Assembly (NCBI RefSeq): GCF_964355755.1
Contig: NC_092677.1
Coordinates: forward strand, 16,638,101-16,702,100
Reading direction: 5' to 3'
Length of the DNA: 64,000 bases
Source: Antedon mediterranea
Taxonomy: Eukaryota > Animalia > Echinodermata
Position 1 is the stretch's first letter. Each line of letters starts with the position of its first letter. Shown here in pieces: positions 62,659 to 64,000 of this stretch. The notes beneath the pieces are model-generated. The model saw only the letters and a list, made by a program, of their open reading frames with translations. It had not been told where the DNA came from and did not search any database. The translations under genes and the position numbers were made by a program.

Positions 62659-63170
62659 GAGCCTGTTTCTGCTGAGCAGCGATTATTAACCGATTTTTTT
62701 TTTAATCGATTATTTTGGGCAGCAGAAACGGCGCAAACTGAAATAACCGATTAAAAAATAACCGATTAAAAAACATTCAATCCATTGCGTGTTTTAACCG
62801 CTTATTTCTTGTTTTAAACGATTATTGCGGAGCATTTTTTAGCTTCAACACAAATAGCGATTATTGACCACACTTTGACCTCTACAGTTTGGCAACCCTC
62901 ATTCACATGCTGTTTCGACGACGAAAAAGCAAAACAAAGATGTGGACCGATATGAGATGATAACAATCAAATGTTAAACATTTGATTGTTATTATTTTAT
63001 GGGTGAGAATTATACCGAGAAACTCTAGGATTCTGCGTTACAAGTACACCGTATATCCCACCAGTCCAGGCTAACGATGTTTTGCATATCCTTTTTTAGG
63101 CCTGTTGTTTCGGTAGAAATATTTAGCCTAGCTAGGCCCTACTAGAGTAGAACCAACGGCGAAACGAACT
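62659..63170. mobile_element. Left part of a Harbinger MITE related to 34228-35859
   Basis: TTA|GAGCCTGTTTCTGCTG terminus and TAACCGATTA subterminal motifs; right end not seen. Confidence 0.6.
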
Positions 63171-64000
63171 TTTCTGAAAGTGAACTTGAGGTCGAAAGAG
63201 TACATTTTCGTTCCCCAATTGGTGCAAGTGGTCATGCGGTTTTGATGATTATTTTGAGCTAGAGAGTGCTCGTTTGAAGTTGATTCTTCTCTCAAACTTA
63301 ATTATTCCAAAGCTAACTTTTGTTCTATAAACTCATTCTTCCAGGCCCAAAATTGGAATGTTATCCTTGATAAACCCATAAATCAGGCTTGGGATACCTT
63401 TATTAAAAAATACAATAATAAAACCAAATTTGGTTTGGTTTGTATACAATGAGGCTGTTTCTAAATATGTCCCTAAGATTAATATTACCCGTTCTTACAA
63501 ACCTTCGAAACACAAATGGAGGACGTCAAAAGTATTACGCAACATTGAAAAGAAAAATCTCGCATGGAAGCGATACATGAAAAGACGTACTCAGTCTAGA
63601 TATAGGAAATATTGTAAAGCCATAAATGCATCTGTAACTGCAGTGAGGCTAGCTAAAGCTTGATTTTAAAAAGATATTGCGACTAACGTTAAATCTTCTC
63701 CTAAATCTGTTTTCTCTTATGTGAGAAGCCGTACCTCGATTAAATCGAACGTTAGTAATATAAAATGCCATGACGGTTCCTTTGCAAATTCTAATTTTGA
63801 GTGTAGCCAAGTTCTAAACTCCTCTTTTCATGCTTTGTTCGATCCCGAGAATACCACATCCATACCTTCTTATCATTTTCATGGGCCACCACTTGAAAGC
63901 GTCCAGATAACTATGGATGATGTATCTTCTGAATTAAAGAATTTAAAGGCAAACTCCTCTCCTGGACCTGATGGTGTTCATCCAAGTGTTCTAAAGGAAT
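63170..64000 (+). mobile_element. Degenerate CR1-type LINE ORF2 (endonuclease-RT linker), running off the window
   Basis: KKNLAWKRY..., NVKSSPKSVFSYVRS and ELKNLKANSSPGPDGVHPSVLKE are typical of LINE ORF2 upstream of RT; stops present. Confidence 0.85.

Overview
AT-rich eukaryotic (metazoan) genomic DNA with spliceosomal introns. The repeat landscape, the abundant TAGGCCTA motif and the DED/TRADD-N/LRR gene suggest an invertebrate deuterostome such as an echinoderm (inference). Three multi-exon host genes can be assembled by hand from GT-AG boundaries. (1) A minus-strand secreted mucin-like gene (~12.1-19.6 kb) with two related Cys-containing modules, five tandemly duplicated 48-nt Thr-rich exons and a duplicate signal-peptide exon at ~23.0 kb. 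(2) A plus-strand NLR-like gene (28.1-33.6 kb) with tandem DEDs, a TRADD-N-like domain and 7x59-aa LRR pairs, but no visible NACHT domain. (3) A plus-strand gene (52.2-61.1 kb, ~373 aa) encoding a signal peptide, four betagamma-crystallin Greek keys with Ca2+-type motifs and an aerolysin/ETX-MTX2-type pore-forming domain (EP37/betagamma-CAT-like). The rest is nested mobile DNA: two deleted Ty3/Gypsy elements, hAT-like and PIF/Harbinger non-autonomous elements, a 6.9-kb EnSpm/CACTA element, LINE fragments, HINE/DINE-like elements, 5S- and tRNA-derived sequences and satellites. All gene models and family calls were made by eye without database searches.
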